A stretch of 31,753 nucleotides of DNA from a virus (taxonomy: Duplodnaviria; Caudoviricetes). The DNA lies in IMG/VR virus record IMGVR_UViG_3300009436_000068, positions 1-31,753 of that record; one strand, 5' to 3'. Of the stretch, positions 18,017 through 27,902 are shown piece after piece. The notes below the pieces were generated by a model. That model was not told where the DNA came from. It saw only the letters and a list, made by a program, of their open reading frames with translations, and searched no databases. The first letter of the stretch is position 1, and each line of letters opens with the position of its first letter. The translations under genes were made by a program, and so were the position numbers.

Positions 18017-21000
18017 ATGTATACTTATCAAATTGGTAACTACAAACATAAAACTGATAAACAGTTGAATGATCAAGAGTTAAACACTCTCGTAACACAA
18101 CTACAATCCAGTAACGTCCTTAGTGAAGAAGCAGCAGAACAGGAAGAATACTCAAGAGTAGAAAACCTAAACAATGCTGAGTTGATCAACAGTTCAAGAC
18201 GTTGGTTAACAAAGACTACAGGTGCAGATTGGACAAAGCAGGGAGACGGTGAAGTCATTGAGCAGTACTACGAAACCATGCGGGACTACGAGCATAACTT
18301 AACAAGTTCCCTATCTTTGGCCGCAGGGCTGAGAGGTGACAAGTACGAAGAACAGGATCGTCAAGACTTACGTTTCATGATGGAGAACTGGGACAGGACT
18401 GTACCCTTCTGGCAAGAAGAAGGCGGGAAGTGGACAGCAGCAGGTGACTTTTTAGAAGCACTAGGTACTGACGTTACGACTTACGCAGGTTTAGCTACAG
18501 GTGGTCTAGGTACTCTAACAGGTCAAGCCGCTAAACAAGCAGCCAAGCAAGGGGTTAGACAAGCTGTAATGGCTTACGCTAAACAAGGAGCGAAGTGGGG
18601 TGCTATTGAAGGAACAGCTATTGGTGGACTGCATAGTGTAGGCAACCAAGGTATTCGTATGGAAACCGGACAGCAAGACGAATTTGATTACGGTGATCTT
18701 GCAGTAGGTGCAGGCGGCGGCTTACTGTTTGGCGGTATCTTAGGTGGTGCTGTTGGCGGTGCTTCGGGAGGTTTAAAAGCCCTTCGTCCTGAAAAGGTTG
18801 TTCCTAGCGGTACAATGGTGGATGGTAGAACGACACTTAACCCTAAGTCACTTACTAAAATAATTAAAGAAGAAAAGGTTGAAGGCGGTACGCTAGTTAC
18901 CAACCCTGATGGTACTCAAGTAAAGATTACAAGTGCTGGTAAAAACAAATGGGAAGTAGGCGATGCCGATGGCAATGTAACTACCTTTAGTGGTACAAAA
19001 GCAAAACTCCTCGATGACCTCGATGCAGAAGCTAAAACTAAAGTTCGGGCAGAGACAGCAGCTAAACGTAAATCACTAAAAGAGGACTTGTCCCCTGATG
19101 AAGTCAATGCAGAAATGTTGGCAGAACGAGAGGCGCGTGAACTCCTTGAAGCAGGTGAAGTACTGTCACACGCACAGGAACTTGCTATTAGAAATGCTGA
19201 TGATACTCGCATCAGAGAAGTAAGACGTAAGGACTTTGATGCTTTCCACAATAATATTAAAACCACAGTTTATGCAAGAGCCGATAAAGCAGGTTCTACC
19301 GCAGAGCAGAAAGCACTAGCTGAAGCAGAAGTTACCAAGACAATGAAAGACTTTGACATTAATGTTGAGGACTTTGATCTTGATGATGTCATTGAAAAGT
19401 TAGTCAAGAACCTGAACAAAGGTAAAGACAAAGGTAGGCTCACTAACTTCTCACTAGCGGTAGAAGATGAAGCCCTAAAACGTGCCATCAACTTGCACAA
19501 GGATAACTCATCGGAGTTCCTATCGGCATTCAAGCAGTGGGATAGACTATTTACAAAGAACGGTGAGATCGCAACTGAAGCCGGTAGAACGCTACAGATG
19601 CAAAAGAACCGTAGCCGTATGACCGCCAAGCAGCAACTAGAGTTGATGGAAGGCGTGTTGAAAGCAAAAGACGGTGAGGAAGTTAGGCAACTGGTTAAAG
19701 CCATTAGTGAACGGCCCCTGTCTAAAGTTACTAAAGTTACTAAGGTGATCAACGAATACTTTGTACACAACATCCTGACCGCAGGAAGTACAATGGCCGT
19801 TAACTTGGTATCCTCGATGATGCATATGAGTTACCGCAGTATAGAAAAATCTGCCGGTGGTATGATGCGTCTAAACACCCGCCAAGCAAAAGAAGGTATG
19901 GTTGAACTGTACCAAAGCTGGTCTAACATTGGCTTTGCATTACAGAATGCTAAGAATGCTATGGCTGAGTCCAAGACGATAATGTCACAACGGGCTTTCT
20001 CTGACACACTAGAAGATGTCTCCGAAACACACTTAGGGCGTGATTACAAACTGAGTGAAGGTTTTGCAGGTATGGCGAAAGAAGGCGAAGGTCTTTTAGA
20101 TCATGTCGCTAATGCCGCTGGTAACATGAACCGTCTAGTGGGCCGCAGGGTTATGTTTGGTACAGACGAGTTAGTAAAGTCAATGGCGTTCCGTGGTCAC
20201 ATGGAATCTAAATTCATCATGAAAAATCTTGATGAAGGTGCTACTTTCTCTGACGCAGTAAAGAAAGCAAAAGCAGATACAGATATACTCGTGAAGTCAC
20301 ACATGGATGATGTAGCGGCAGGGCGTAAACTCAGCCGTAACAAAGACATCAGAGAAGCAATGGACAATGCAGAACGTGCTACCTTCCAGAATGACTACAA
20401 GGCAGACATGTTTGGTTCAATCGGCAGTGCATCCGCAACTGTCCGTTCAAAGTTCCCAGTGTTGACTATTGTTGTACCCTTCATTCGTACTCCCGCTAAC
20501 CTACTTTCTTTTGTAGGTGAACGGACTCCAATATTACAAGTAGCATCTAAAGAGATCAGAGAAATGCTAAACGGTACTCCCGCACAACGGGGAACTGCCG
20601 AAGCAGCATTAGCTATGGGAACTGCGATGTGGGCTATGGCCGCAGGTATGGCCGCTGGTGGTATGTTGACTGGTGCAGGAGCGCAAGACAGAGGACGTAA
20701 GAACGTAGCAATGGGTAACGATGTGTTACCACACTCTATCGTTCACGAAGATGGTAGCAGTACTTCCATCAGACGTTACGATCCCTTCAGTCGCTTTATG
20801 CTGACAATGGGTATTGTTCACGACACATTTAAATATCAAGACGAGCAATCTCAAAAAGAGTTATATGCTGAGTTAGCCGTAGGTACGGCCCGAAGCCTTA
20901 TCTCCATGCCGTCTTTAACAGGTGTCTCACAACTGTTTGATACGTTAGGTGATCCCAATACTAAAGGGATGGCTACTAAAGGTGAAGCATACGCTGCTAA

Positions 21001-21688
21001 AACTCTAGCGGCCTTCATGCCTTACTACCGACTGTTTGAAGAAATCTACTCTGGTAACGAGAACATGATACCTGAGATTAAAAAGATTGAAGATGCAATC
21101 AACGCTCGACCACACGCACTTAGCTTACTCACTCGTGGGTTCCATCAAAGTGCTAATGTCAAACGTGATGCTATCTTTGGACAGCCTTTAATTAAAGATG
21201 ACATGATCTTAGCCGTCTCTGGTTTACCACATCACGAAGTGAACGGTAATGAGCAAGAGAAGAATGTGCTTAGAGAACTGGATCGACTGGGCATGAGTGT
21301 TGGTAATCTTAGTAAGAAATCAAGTACGTTAGGTAATCAAGTCCTGACGGAGTTTGATGTCGATGATGTTACCAATCGTAGTGTGTATGATTTACTTCAG
21401 GAAACTGTAGGTACAGTGAAGCTAGGCGGTAAGACTTTAGTTGAGGCCCTAGAGACACAAATGAATACTAATATGTATGTCAACAGTTTTACTGATCCAA
21501 CCAGACGCACAGGCGCAAAAGAAATAGAAGGTCAACGGATCGCTGCTTTAGATCAGGTGATAAGTGCCTATCGACAGGCGGCTCGTGTTAAAGTGCGTAA
21601 GATTTTAGGTGAAGATCACCCAATATTTGACAGCGAGAAACTATCTAATCAACTACAACTCAATAGAGTTTTAACAGGAGGTGAGTAA
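18017..21688 (+). CDS. Internal virion protein D, T7 gp16 position
   Basis: 1223 aa with Gly/Ala-rich hydrophobic stretches, PFIRTPANL and RRYDPF. Immediately before the tail fibre. Confidence 0.78.
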   Translation: MYTYQIGNYKHKTDKQLNDQELNTLVTQLQSSNVLSEEAAEQEEYSRVENLNNAELINSSRRWLTKTTGADWTKQGDGEVIEQYYETMRDYEHNLTSSLSLAAGLRGDKYEEQDRQDLRFMMENWDRTVPFWQEEGGKWTAAGDFLEALGTDVTTYAGLATGGLGTLTGQAAKQAAKQGVRQAVMAYAKQGAKWGAIEGTAIGGLHSVGNQGIRMETGQQDEFDYGDLAVGAGGGLLFGGILGGAVGGASGGLKALRPEKVVPSGTMVDGRTTLNPKSLTKIIKEEKVEGGTLVTNPDGTQVKITSAGKNKWEVGDADGNVTTFSGTKAKLLDDLDAEAKTKVRAETAAKRKSLKEDLSPDEVNAEMLAEREARELLEAGEVLSHAQELAIRNADDTRIREVRRKDFDAFHNNIKTTVYARADKAGSTAEQKALAEAEVTKTMKDFDINVEDFDLDDVIEKLVKNLNKGKDKGRLTNFSLAVEDEALKRAINLHKDNSSEFLSAFKQWDRLFTKNGEIATEAGRTLQMQKNRSRMTAKQQLELMEGVLKAKDGEEVRQLVKAISERPLSKVTKVTKVINEYFVHNILTAGSTMAVNLVSSMMHMSYRSIEKSAGGMMRLNTRQAKEGMVELYQSWSNIGFALQNAKNAMAESKTIMSQRAFSDTLEDVSETHLGRDYKLSEGFAGMAKEGEGLLDHVANAAGNMNRLVGRRVMFGTDELVKSMAFRGHMESKFIMKNLDEGATFSDAVKKAKADTDILVKSHMDDVAAGRKLSRNKDIREAMDNAERATFQNDYKADMFGSIGSASATVRSKFPVLTIVVPFIRTPANLLSFVGERTPILQVASKEIREMLNGTPAQRGTAEAALAMGTAMWAMAAGMAAGGMLTGAGAQDRGRKNVAMGNDVLPHSIVHEDGSSTSIRRYDPFSRFMLTMGIVHDTFKYQDEQSQKELYAELAVGTARSLISMPSLTGVSQLFDTLGDPNTKGMATKGEAYAAKTLAAFMPYYRLFEEIYSGNENMIPEIKKIEDAINARPHALSLLTRGFHQSANVKRDAIFGQPLIKDDMILAVSGLPHHEVNGNEQEKNVLRELDRLGMSVGNLSKKSSTLGNQVLTEFDVDDVTNRSVYDLLQETVGTVKLGGKTLVEALETQMNTNMYVNSFTDPTRRTGAKEIEGQRIAALDQVISAYRQAARVKVRKILGEDHPIFDSEKLSNQLQLNRVLTGGE

Positions 21689-23157
21689 TGGCTTATAGTT
21701 ACGCACAGTACACAGCAGATGGTACCACCAAGACATTTGCCATTCCATTTACTTATTTGGATGATGCTGAAGTTGTAGTGTTAAAGAACGGGGTACAAGA
21801 AGTACTCCCTTCTAATACACTGACAGCTACCGTAGGAAGTGTGACATTATCTGGGTTTCCTATTTTTGGTGATATTATTAAAGTAGTCAGGGTAAGCGAT
21901 TTGGCTACAAGGGCTGTTGATTTTCAATCAGGTGCAATGATCAGAGAAGAAGATTTAGATTCTTCGGCACAGCAGGTATTCAACGCAGTACAAGATGTTA
22001 AAGATGCTGTTGATCTGTCGCTCAAACTTAACTATCAAGGCAACCTCGATGCTCTAAACGCAAGAGTCATTAACGTAGCTGATCCGGTAGACAATACAGA
22101 TGCTACAAGTAAAGGGTGGGTGAATTCAGCAGCCGCTTCTACGCTTGCCGCAGCCAATTTAGCTGTAACTGATGCCCAAGCAATTAAAGACCAGTTAACT
22201 AATCTGTCAATTGTTTATGTGGGAGTTACAATAGGCACGGCAGGTTCAGTAGTTTATGATGTCGATACTGGAGTTGCTACCTTTAGTATTCCCGAAGGCC
22301 CCGCAGGCCCAGCAGGCCCTACAGGTGCCACAGGATCAATAGGTTCTGAAGGCCCTACAGGTTCTCAAGGCCCAATAGGCCCACAAGGCCCAGTAGGTGC
22401 TACAGGTGATACAGGTGACACAGGCCCCATAGGACTGCAAGGTGCTATAGGCCCCACAGGACTTCAAGGTGAAAGAGGCTTTGAAGGGGATGTTGGCCCC
22501 GCTGGCCCAACCGGACTCCAAGGCCCTACAGGTGCCACAGGTCTCCAAGGTGAAAGAGGCTTCGAAGGTGATGTTGGCCCCGCAGGCCCTACAGGACTTC
22601 AGGGTGCTATAGGCCCTACAGGCCCTCAAGGCGTTACTGGTGCTGAAGGTGATGATGGTGCTACAGGCCCAGCAGGCCCCACAGGACTCCAAGGCCCTAC
22701 AGGTGCCACAGGCCCTCAAGGCATTACCGGTGCTGATGGTGATGATGGCGATACTGGCCCCCAAGGCCCCGTAGGTAATACGGGAGCCACAGGAGCAATA
22801 GGCCCAACAGGAAGCCAAGGCCCTATAGGCGCTACAGGTTCTACAGGCCCAGCAGGCCCCGAAGGTAATCAAGGTGTCGCAGGGTTACAAGGCCCTACAG
22901 GATCACAAGGCTTGATAGGTCTTACAGGCGATACAGGTTCTTCAGGCCCAGCAGGCCCTACAGGCAGTCAAGGCCCTACAGGTAACCAAGGCCCTGTGGG
23001 AGCGCAAGGTAACATGGGCGCAACTCCTTTAGGCTTGGCGTTTGGTAGAATGCAAGTGACCAGTGCAGGAATACTACAAATGGAATACTACGGTGATGCT
23101 GATGATAACGATTTCAGCATTAACTCTTCTGGCATATTAACAGTAACAACGGTATAA
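21688..23157 (+). CDS. Tail fibre 1: T7 gp17-like N-terminal anchor + collagen shaft + short C-terminal domain
   Basis: [17 protein letters not shown]...[15 protein letters not shown] (gp17 N-terminal type), RVINVADPV...DATSK, then Gly-X-Y repeats. Confidence 0.9.
   Translation: MAYSYAQYTADGTTKTFAIPFTYLDDAEVVVLKNGVQEVLPSNTLTATVGSVTLSGFPIFGDIIKVVRVSDLATRAVDFQSGAMIREEDLDSSAQQVFNAVQDVKDAVDLSLKLNYQGNLDALNARVINVADPVDNTDATSKGWVNSAAASTLAAANLAVTDAQAIKDQLTNLSIVYVGVTIGTAGSVVYDVDTGVATFSIPEGPAGPAGPTGATGSIGSEGPTGSQGPIGPQGPVGATGDTGDTGPIGLQGAIGPTGLQGERGFEGDVGPAGPTGLQGPTGATGLQGERGFEGDVGPAGPTGLQGAIGPTGPQGVTGAEGDDGATGPAGPTGLQGPTGATGPQGITGADGDDGDTGPQGPVGNTGATGAIGPTGSQGPIGATGSTGPAGPEGNQGVAGLQGPTGSQGLIGLTGDTGSSGPAGPTGSQGPTGNQGPVGAQGNMGATPLGLAFGRMQVTSAGILQMEYYGDADDNDFSINSSGILTVTTV
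22297..23025 (+). repeat. Collagen-like tract, 81 Gly-X-Y triplets
   Basis: Counted from GPA to GAT; 729 nt, uninterrupted. Confidence 0.95.
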
Positions 23158-23162
23158 AAATT

Positions 23163-24785
23163 ATGGGAACAATTAATATAGGTAAAGTACGTCAATCCTT
23201 TGAAGGCACGTACAGTTCTAGCACAGCTTATGTTGTGTTAGATGTAGTCTTTTCTAGTGGCGAAAGTTTTGTATGTATTCAAGACGCATCAGCAGGAACT
23301 TCTCCAACAAACACAACACACTGGCAAAAATTAGTCCAAAAAGGAAGTGATGGTGCTGACGGTGCTGATGGCTCAAATGGCGCTACAGGCGCTACAGGCC
23401 CTCAAGGTAACGCAGGCCCTCAAGGTGTTCAGGGAGAAGATGGAGGCACTGGCCCTCAAGGTGCCACAGGCCCCGCAGGTTCTACAGGCCCTCAAGGTGC
23501 AACTGGAGCCACCGGCCCAGCAGGTGATGATGGAGGCACTGGCCCTACAGGTTCTACAGGCCCCCAAGGCCCAGCAGGTAATGACGGTGCTGACGGTGCA
23601 ACAGGCCCTCAAGGCTCCCAAGGCCCTACAGGTAACACCGGTGCAACAGGCCCTCAAGGCCCCGCAGGTGATGACGGTTCTGACGGTGCCACTGGTGCTA
23701 CAGGCCCTCAAGGCCCTACAGGTAACACTGGTGCAACTGGTTCACAAGGCCCCGCAGGTGACGATGGCCCCACAGGCTCCCAAGGCCCACAAGGCCCCAT
23801 AGGTAACACTGGTTCTACAGGGTCACAAGGCCCCGAAGGTGATGATGGCCCTACAGGTGCCACAGGCCCTCAAGGCCCCATAGGTAACACCGGTGCGACT
23901 GGTGCAACTGGTTCACAAGGGTCACAAGGCCCACAAGGCTCACAGGGCGGCACAGGCCCTCAAGGCCCCGCAGGTGATGATGGTTCTACAGGCGCTCAAG
24001 GTGCTTCAGGTGCAACAGGCCCTCAAGGTGCAACAGGCTCCCAAGGTGCAACTGGCCCAGCAGGTTCAAACGCTAATGTTACTAGTGCAACTATCTCGTC
24101 AGCAGGCGGCATGTTGAAATCTGCTAACTCACAGCTAGACATGAACAACAACGACATTGTGGGTGTCGATCAGATTTTCCACGAAGGTGACACCAACACA
24201 TACATCCAGTTTCATGCGGCTGATGAGTGGCGTGTTGTTACTGGTGGAGTAGAGCGTTTAGAAGTTAACAATAGTGCTGTGACAATTGCTGGAACGCTTA
24301 ATGTTCGTACTGCTATTGATCTTGCAGATAATGATCATCTTCGATTCGGATCTGGCGATGATTGCAAAATGTTCTGTAATGGTTATGCTCAGTTCATAGA
24401 TTTGAATAGCGGTATTGGAAACTTGTTCATTCGTGATGGAACTACAACTCGCTATACCTTTGATGACAACGGATCATTCACAGCAACAGGTAACATCACC
24501 GCTTATTCTGATAGACGATTAAAGGATGACATCCAGCCAATCGAAAGTGCTTTAGAAAAAGTCGGCACACTTAGCGGTAACACTTACCAGCGGAATGACT
24601 TGAAAGACCCCGACAGACGTTACGCAGGTGTCATTGCTCAAGAGGTTGAGCAGGTACTTCCTGAAGCAGTTACTGAGGCTGAAGATGGTATTAAGACTGT
24701 AGATTACAACGCTATCATTGCCCTACTTGTAGAGTCTGTTAAGGAACTAAAAGTAGAGGTTGATCAACTTAAAGGAGGTTCCTAA
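23163..24785 (+). CDS. Tail fibre 2: small N-terminal domain + collagen shaft + beta-rich tip + peptidase S74 intramolecular chaperone
   Basis: Gly-X-Y tract, then [28 protein letters not shown] and [18 protein letters not shown] (S74 motifs). Confidence 0.9.
   Translation: MGTINIGKVRQSFEGTYSSSTAYVVLDVVFSSGESFVCIQDASAGTSPTNTTHWQKLVQKGSDGADGADGSNGATGATGPQGNAGPQGVQGEDGGTGPQGATGPAGSTGPQGATGATGPAGDDGGTGPTGSTGPQGPAGNDGADGATGPQGSQGPTGNTGATGPQGPAGDDGSDGATGATGPQGPTGNTGATGSQGPAGDDGPTGSQGPQGPIGNTGSTGSQGPEGDDGPTGATGPQGPIGNTGATGATGSQGSQGPQGSQGGTGPQGPAGDDGSTGAQGASGATGPQGATGSQGATGPAGSNANVTSATISSAGGMLKSANSQLDMNNNDIVGVDQIFHEGDTNTYIQFHAADEWRVVTGGVERLEVNNSAVTIAGTLNVRTAIDLADNDHLRFGSGDDCKMFCNGYAQFIDLNSGIGNLFIRDGTTTRYTFDDNGSFTATGNITAYSDRRLKDDIQPIESALEKVGTLSGNTYQRNDLKDPDRRYAGVIAQEVEQVLPEAVTEAEDGIKTVDYNAIIALLVESVKELKVEVDQLKGGS
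23343..24071 (+). repeat. Collagen-like tract, 81 Gly-X-Y triplets
   Basis: Counted from GSD to GSN; 729 nt, uninterrupted. Confidence 0.95.
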
Positions 24786-25363
24786 TGTCCTTACAAACAT
24801 CAGGGGCAATAAGCCTCAACCAAATTCACATTGAAGCTGGAGGGTCTTCGGGCAGTACAGCAGGTCTAAATGACGCAGATATCCGTGGTTTGATTGGTAA
24901 AAGCAGTGGCGCTAGTATGGCATTTAACGAATGGTACGGAGCCTCCAATGTTGAAGAACAAACTGTAACTGTAGGCATAAGACCTGCCCAACAATACTCA
25001 AACCCACAATACGGTTTCGGAATTAATGTCTTCGGTTCTACAAGTGACGGTACGTTTAACATTAAGAGCGCCAATGTTACGGCACTTAACTGGGCTGTAA
25101 CTATCATTGGTAGTAATTTTGTAAGAAACACATTTCAGATTGAAGGTGTTCACGCCAACAGTGGATTTACTACAATGACGATAAAAAATGGTAACACAAC
25201 CACAGGTACTTTTCAACGCAGTGCAGCAGTATTTTCTACCATAGCAGCATCAACCGGTTATGCCGGAGCGACACTTTGGACGTGGGAGGGTACGAATAGC
25301 ACTGCCATGCCGAACCCTTATGGGGGTGTTAGCGGTGCAACGAGGACGGTGACATGGACTTAA
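24785..25363 (+). CDS. Putative tail-fibre tip / adhesin protein
   Basis: N-terminal SGAISL..I..E.G......LND..IRGL.......F..WYG module recalled from small proteins that follow S74 fibres; Gly/Thr/aromatic-rich C-terminus. TAATG coupling and GGAGG RBS. Confidence 0.6.
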   Translation: MSLQTSGAISLNQIHIEAGGSSGSTAGLNDADIRGLIGKSSGASMAFNEWYGASNVEEQTVTVGIRPAQQYSNPQYGFGINVFGSTSDGTFNIKSANVTALNWAVTIIGSNFVRNTFQIEGVHANSGFTTMTIKNGNTTTGTFQRSAAVFSTIAASTGYAGATLWTWEGTNSTAMPNPYGGVSGATRTVTWT

Positions 25364-26160
25364 ATAGAAACTATAGCCAAAGGGTGGCTGAGTTAGACCC
25401 TAGTGAGCAGTATGTAACATACCAGAAAGGTAAGTATTATTACGAAATACCTAAGAGAGTTGAGTCTGAGTTAGAAACACAAGAACGCCTAGACAGCCAC
25501 ATGCTTGAAACTGCCACTTTAAACTTTAGAAAATCACAATGCCGTGATGATGTTTATGTAGACCAAGAAATAGTAAGGCAAGACTACACCACTGCTCAAC
25601 CAGAAGGAGTAGCACTTGTTCAAATTCTTCAAGATCGTTTTCCTGATTACGTTAATTATACTAGATGGGACTATAACTTTGTAGGTTCTTATGGAGGTTA
25701 TAGAGAACCTTATGAAAATAATAGTATCAGCTTTTATGATTTTGGAATTAATGCTAGTGAAGAATTACAACTAAGGTTTGGTACTTCTTATCTGATAAGT
25801 GATCTTTATGGTTGGTACGGATTAAAGTTTGATCTAGTTACTGATGAAGTGATGCTAAAGATGGTATTTAAAACTTATGATGACCCAAGACCTGAGTTTC
25901 CTTCGACTAGAAACTTATTCTTTGCTCGTACACATTTTACAGACGGTACGTCAAGTGACTGGGTAGATGCTTATATTTACGCTACTCCTAAAGTTGTTAA
26001 AAACTTCTGTGCTGAAAACAACTTAACATACCCTCTAAACGATAACGAACATTTAGCATGTGATGTTATTTGGTGTTGGGGTTTTGTCTTTCACAAAGAC
26101 ACTCAAGAATACGGTGCTGTGAAAGCGTACTCTCGTTACAACTTACCTGACGAGGTCTAG
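25354..26160 (+). CDS. Hypothetical protein (Tyr/Asp-rich, 268 aa)
   Basis: Long ORF overlapping the previous stop; no motif recognised. Confidence 0.8.
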   Translation: MDLNRNYSQRVAELDPSEQYVTYQKGKYYYEIPKRVESELETQERLDSHMLETATLNFRKSQCRDDVYVDQEIVRQDYTTAQPEGVALVQILQDRFPDYVNYTRWDYNFVGSYGGYREPYENNSISFYDFGINASEELQLRFGTSYLISDLYGWYGLKFDLVTDEVMLKMVFKTYDDPRPEFPSTRNLFFARTHFTDGTSSDWVDAYIYATPKVVKNFCAENNLTYPLNDNEHLACDVIWCWGFVFHKDTQEYGAVKAYSRYNLPDEV

Positions 26161-26161
26161 G

Positions 26162-26440
26162 ATGAACATGGATGAATTTAAACGCCTTGATAGAATTGAG
26201 AACAAAATAGACAAGCTAGTGGAGGTTGTGGCCTCCCTAGCACGTTTAGAGGAACGAATGGATGCAGTCAACCAGCGTGTTGACAGACACGAGTATAGAC
26301 TTGACGATCAAGAGCAGCACACAGATGCCTTGACCGAAAAGGTTACCGAAAACACATCCTCCAGAAACGCACTTGAAAGGTTCGTATGGTTAGTCGTAGC
26401 TGCTATAGCTTCGTCAGTCGCTTATATGTTCCGAGAATAG
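26162..26440 (+). CDS. Coiled-coil protein with C-terminal TM helix (lysis-cassette associated)
   Basis: LDRIENKIDKL...LARLEERM heptads; FVWLVVAAIASSVAYMF hydrophobic helix. Confidence 0.65.
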   Translation: MNMDEFKRLDRIENKIDKLVEVVASLARLEERMDAVNQRVDRHEYRLDDQEQHTDALTEKVTENTSSRNALERFVWLVVAAIASSVAYMFRE

Positions 26441-26449
26441 GAGACAATA

Positions 26450-26848
26450 ATGTTACAACAACTAATAGGCCCTGTAACGGGCCTCCTTGATAAATTTATA
26501 GAGGATAAAGATAGTAAGAATGCACTTGCATTTCAAATTAGCACGTTGGCTGAGACACATGCTCAAGAACTGGCAAAGGCCCAAATTGAAGTTAATAAAA
26601 CGGAAGCGGCTCATAACTCGCTCTTTGTTTCTGGCTGGAGACCCGCTGTTGGGTGGGTGGCTGTATTTGGTATGGCGAGTAACTTCTTGGTTATACCAAT
26701 GGCAAATTTCTCGCTGGCTATTTTTGGGTCTGCGATCACTGTTCCAGTCCTTGATCTAAGTCAAATGATGCCGGTACTGCTTGGTATGCTAGGTCTAGGT
26801 GCCATGAGAACCGCAGAAAAAGTTAAAGGAGTGCAAAGAGACAAATGA
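26450..26848 (+). CDS. Holin (3TM / GTA-holin-like)
   Basis: SLFVSGWRPAVGWV and LLGMLGLGAMRT.EK motifs; adjacent to the endolysin. Confidence 0.8.
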   Translation: MLQQLIGPVTGLLDKFIEDKDSKNALAFQISTLAETHAQELAKAQIEVNKTEAAHNSLFVSGWRPAVGWVAVFGMASNFLVIPMANFSLAIFGSAITVPVLDLSQMMPVLLGMLGLGAMRTAEKVKGVQRDK

Positions 26849-27195
26849 CAGACTTCATATACTTTGACAAAGATGACTTCCGTTGCATGGAGACAGGCAA
26901 CAACGAGATCAAAGACGAGTTCATACATAAACTAGATACCCTAAGAGAAGTATGTGGCTTCCCGTTTATCGTAACTAGCGGCTATCGTGATCCCACCCAC
27001 AGTGCGGAGCGACATAAACCCAATGGTGGCGGTACGCATACCAAAGGGATTGCCGCTGACATCAGAGTGTCAGGAGGCTCACAGCGTATGCAGATCGTTA
27101 AGTTTGCAACGTCTCTGGGTTTCTCCGTAGGCGTAGCTAAAACATTTGTCCATGTGGACATCAGAGATACCGAAGCAATGCTTTGGTGTTACTAA
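26845..27195 (+). CDS. Endolysin, peptidase M15A family
   Basis: VTSGYR, H-x6-D (HTKGIAAD) and FVHVDIR zinc-ligand motifs. Confidence 0.88.
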   Translation: MTDFIYFDKDDFRCMETGNNEIKDEFIHKLDTLREVCGFPFIVTSGYRDPTHSAERHKPNGGGTHTKGIAADIRVSGGSQRMQIVKFATSLGFSVGVAKTFVHVDIRDTEAMLWCY

Positions 27196-27204
27196 GGAGT
27201 AATA

Positions 27205-27456
27205 ATGGCTAAGTTAAATAAAGACAGCCTCAAGGTAGACACACCTAGAGCCACCCCCAGTCACAAAAATAAATCTCATGTCGTTAAGACACGAGTTGGC
27301 GATAAGTTAAAGATTATCCGCTTTGGTGAGCAAGGTGCTGAGACAAACAGAAGTGCCAAGCAACGTAAGGCTTTTAGAAGCCGCCACGGTAAGAACATTG
27401 CTAAAGGTAAATCATCAGCCGCTTACTGGGCTAACAGAACAAAATGGAAGGGTTAA
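27205..27456 (+). CDS. Small highly basic conserved-looking phage protein
   Basis: KSHVV...KIIRFGEQG...RKAFRSRH...SAAYWA..TKW. AAGGAG RBS. Confidence 0.75.
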   Translation: MAKLNKDSLKVDTPRATPSHKNKSHVVKTRVGDKLKIIRFGEQGAETNRSAKQRKAFRSRHGKNIAKGKSSAAYWANRTKWKG

Positions 27457-27457
27457 T

Positions 27458-27676
27458 ATGTCTACAGATCGTGAAATTATCGACACGTTGCATGACGCAC
27501 TTGCCAAAGACCTACTCGTAAGAGTTAAGTCAGGTGAAGCTACTGCATCAGAGTTAGCCGTTGCCGCTAAGTTCCTCAAGGACAACAACGCTAGTCTCGA
27601 CATTATCCAAGCAGATACTGCTATGGGTAACTTGTTAGAGGCTCTCCCGTTCCAACCGAAGATAGTAGGACAATAA
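27458..27676 (+). CDS. Terminase small subunit, T7 gp18-like
   Basis: LH..LA..LL.RVKSGEATASEL.VA.KFLKDNN. Probable start is ATG 27458, just after the previous stop. Confidence 0.85.
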   Translation: MSTDREIIDTLHDALAKDLLVRVKSGEATASELAVAAKFLKDNNASLDIIQADTAMGNLLEALPFQPKIVGQ

Positions 27677-27677
27677 G

Positions 27678-27902
27678 ATGGCTAGAGATTACCGCAAAGA
27701 ATACGACAACTACCACAAGCAACCTGAACAGCGCCTTCGTAATGCCGCACGGAAACGTGCAAGGCGTAAAGTGATCCGTGATAAAGGCGCAGCCGCTGTA
27801 CAAGGTAGAGACGTTGATCACGTAGATCGTAACCCACAGAATAATGCCTCTAGTAACTTACGCATTATGTCTAAGAAAAGAAATAGGAGTCGAAATGGCT
27901 AA
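27678..27902 (+). CDS. Small basic HNH-like protein
   Basis: RDYRKEY...DVDHVD.NP.NN...NLR......NR (HNN variant). Between terS and terL. Confidence 0.75.
   Translation: MARDYRKEYDNYHKQPEQRLRNAARKRARRKVIRDKGAAAVQGRDVDHVDRNPQNNASSNLRIMSKKRNRSRNG

Noticed and set aside
22336-23802. Antisense and alternate-frame ORFs over the collagen tracts (22336-22872 -, 23347-23802 +, 23373-23711 -)
   Set aside because: By-products of stop-poor 9-nt periodic Gly-X-Y codons; no RBS and low-complexity translations.
22297-24071. Repeats as CRISPR array or DGR template/variable pair
   Set aside because: They are in-frame coding repeats with no unique spacers, no adenine-specific mismatch pattern noticed, and no reverse transcriptase in the window.
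24072-24510. Iron-binding HxH motifs in the fibre tip, to pair with the Fur box
   Set aside because: Only isolated histidines; no HxH motifs.
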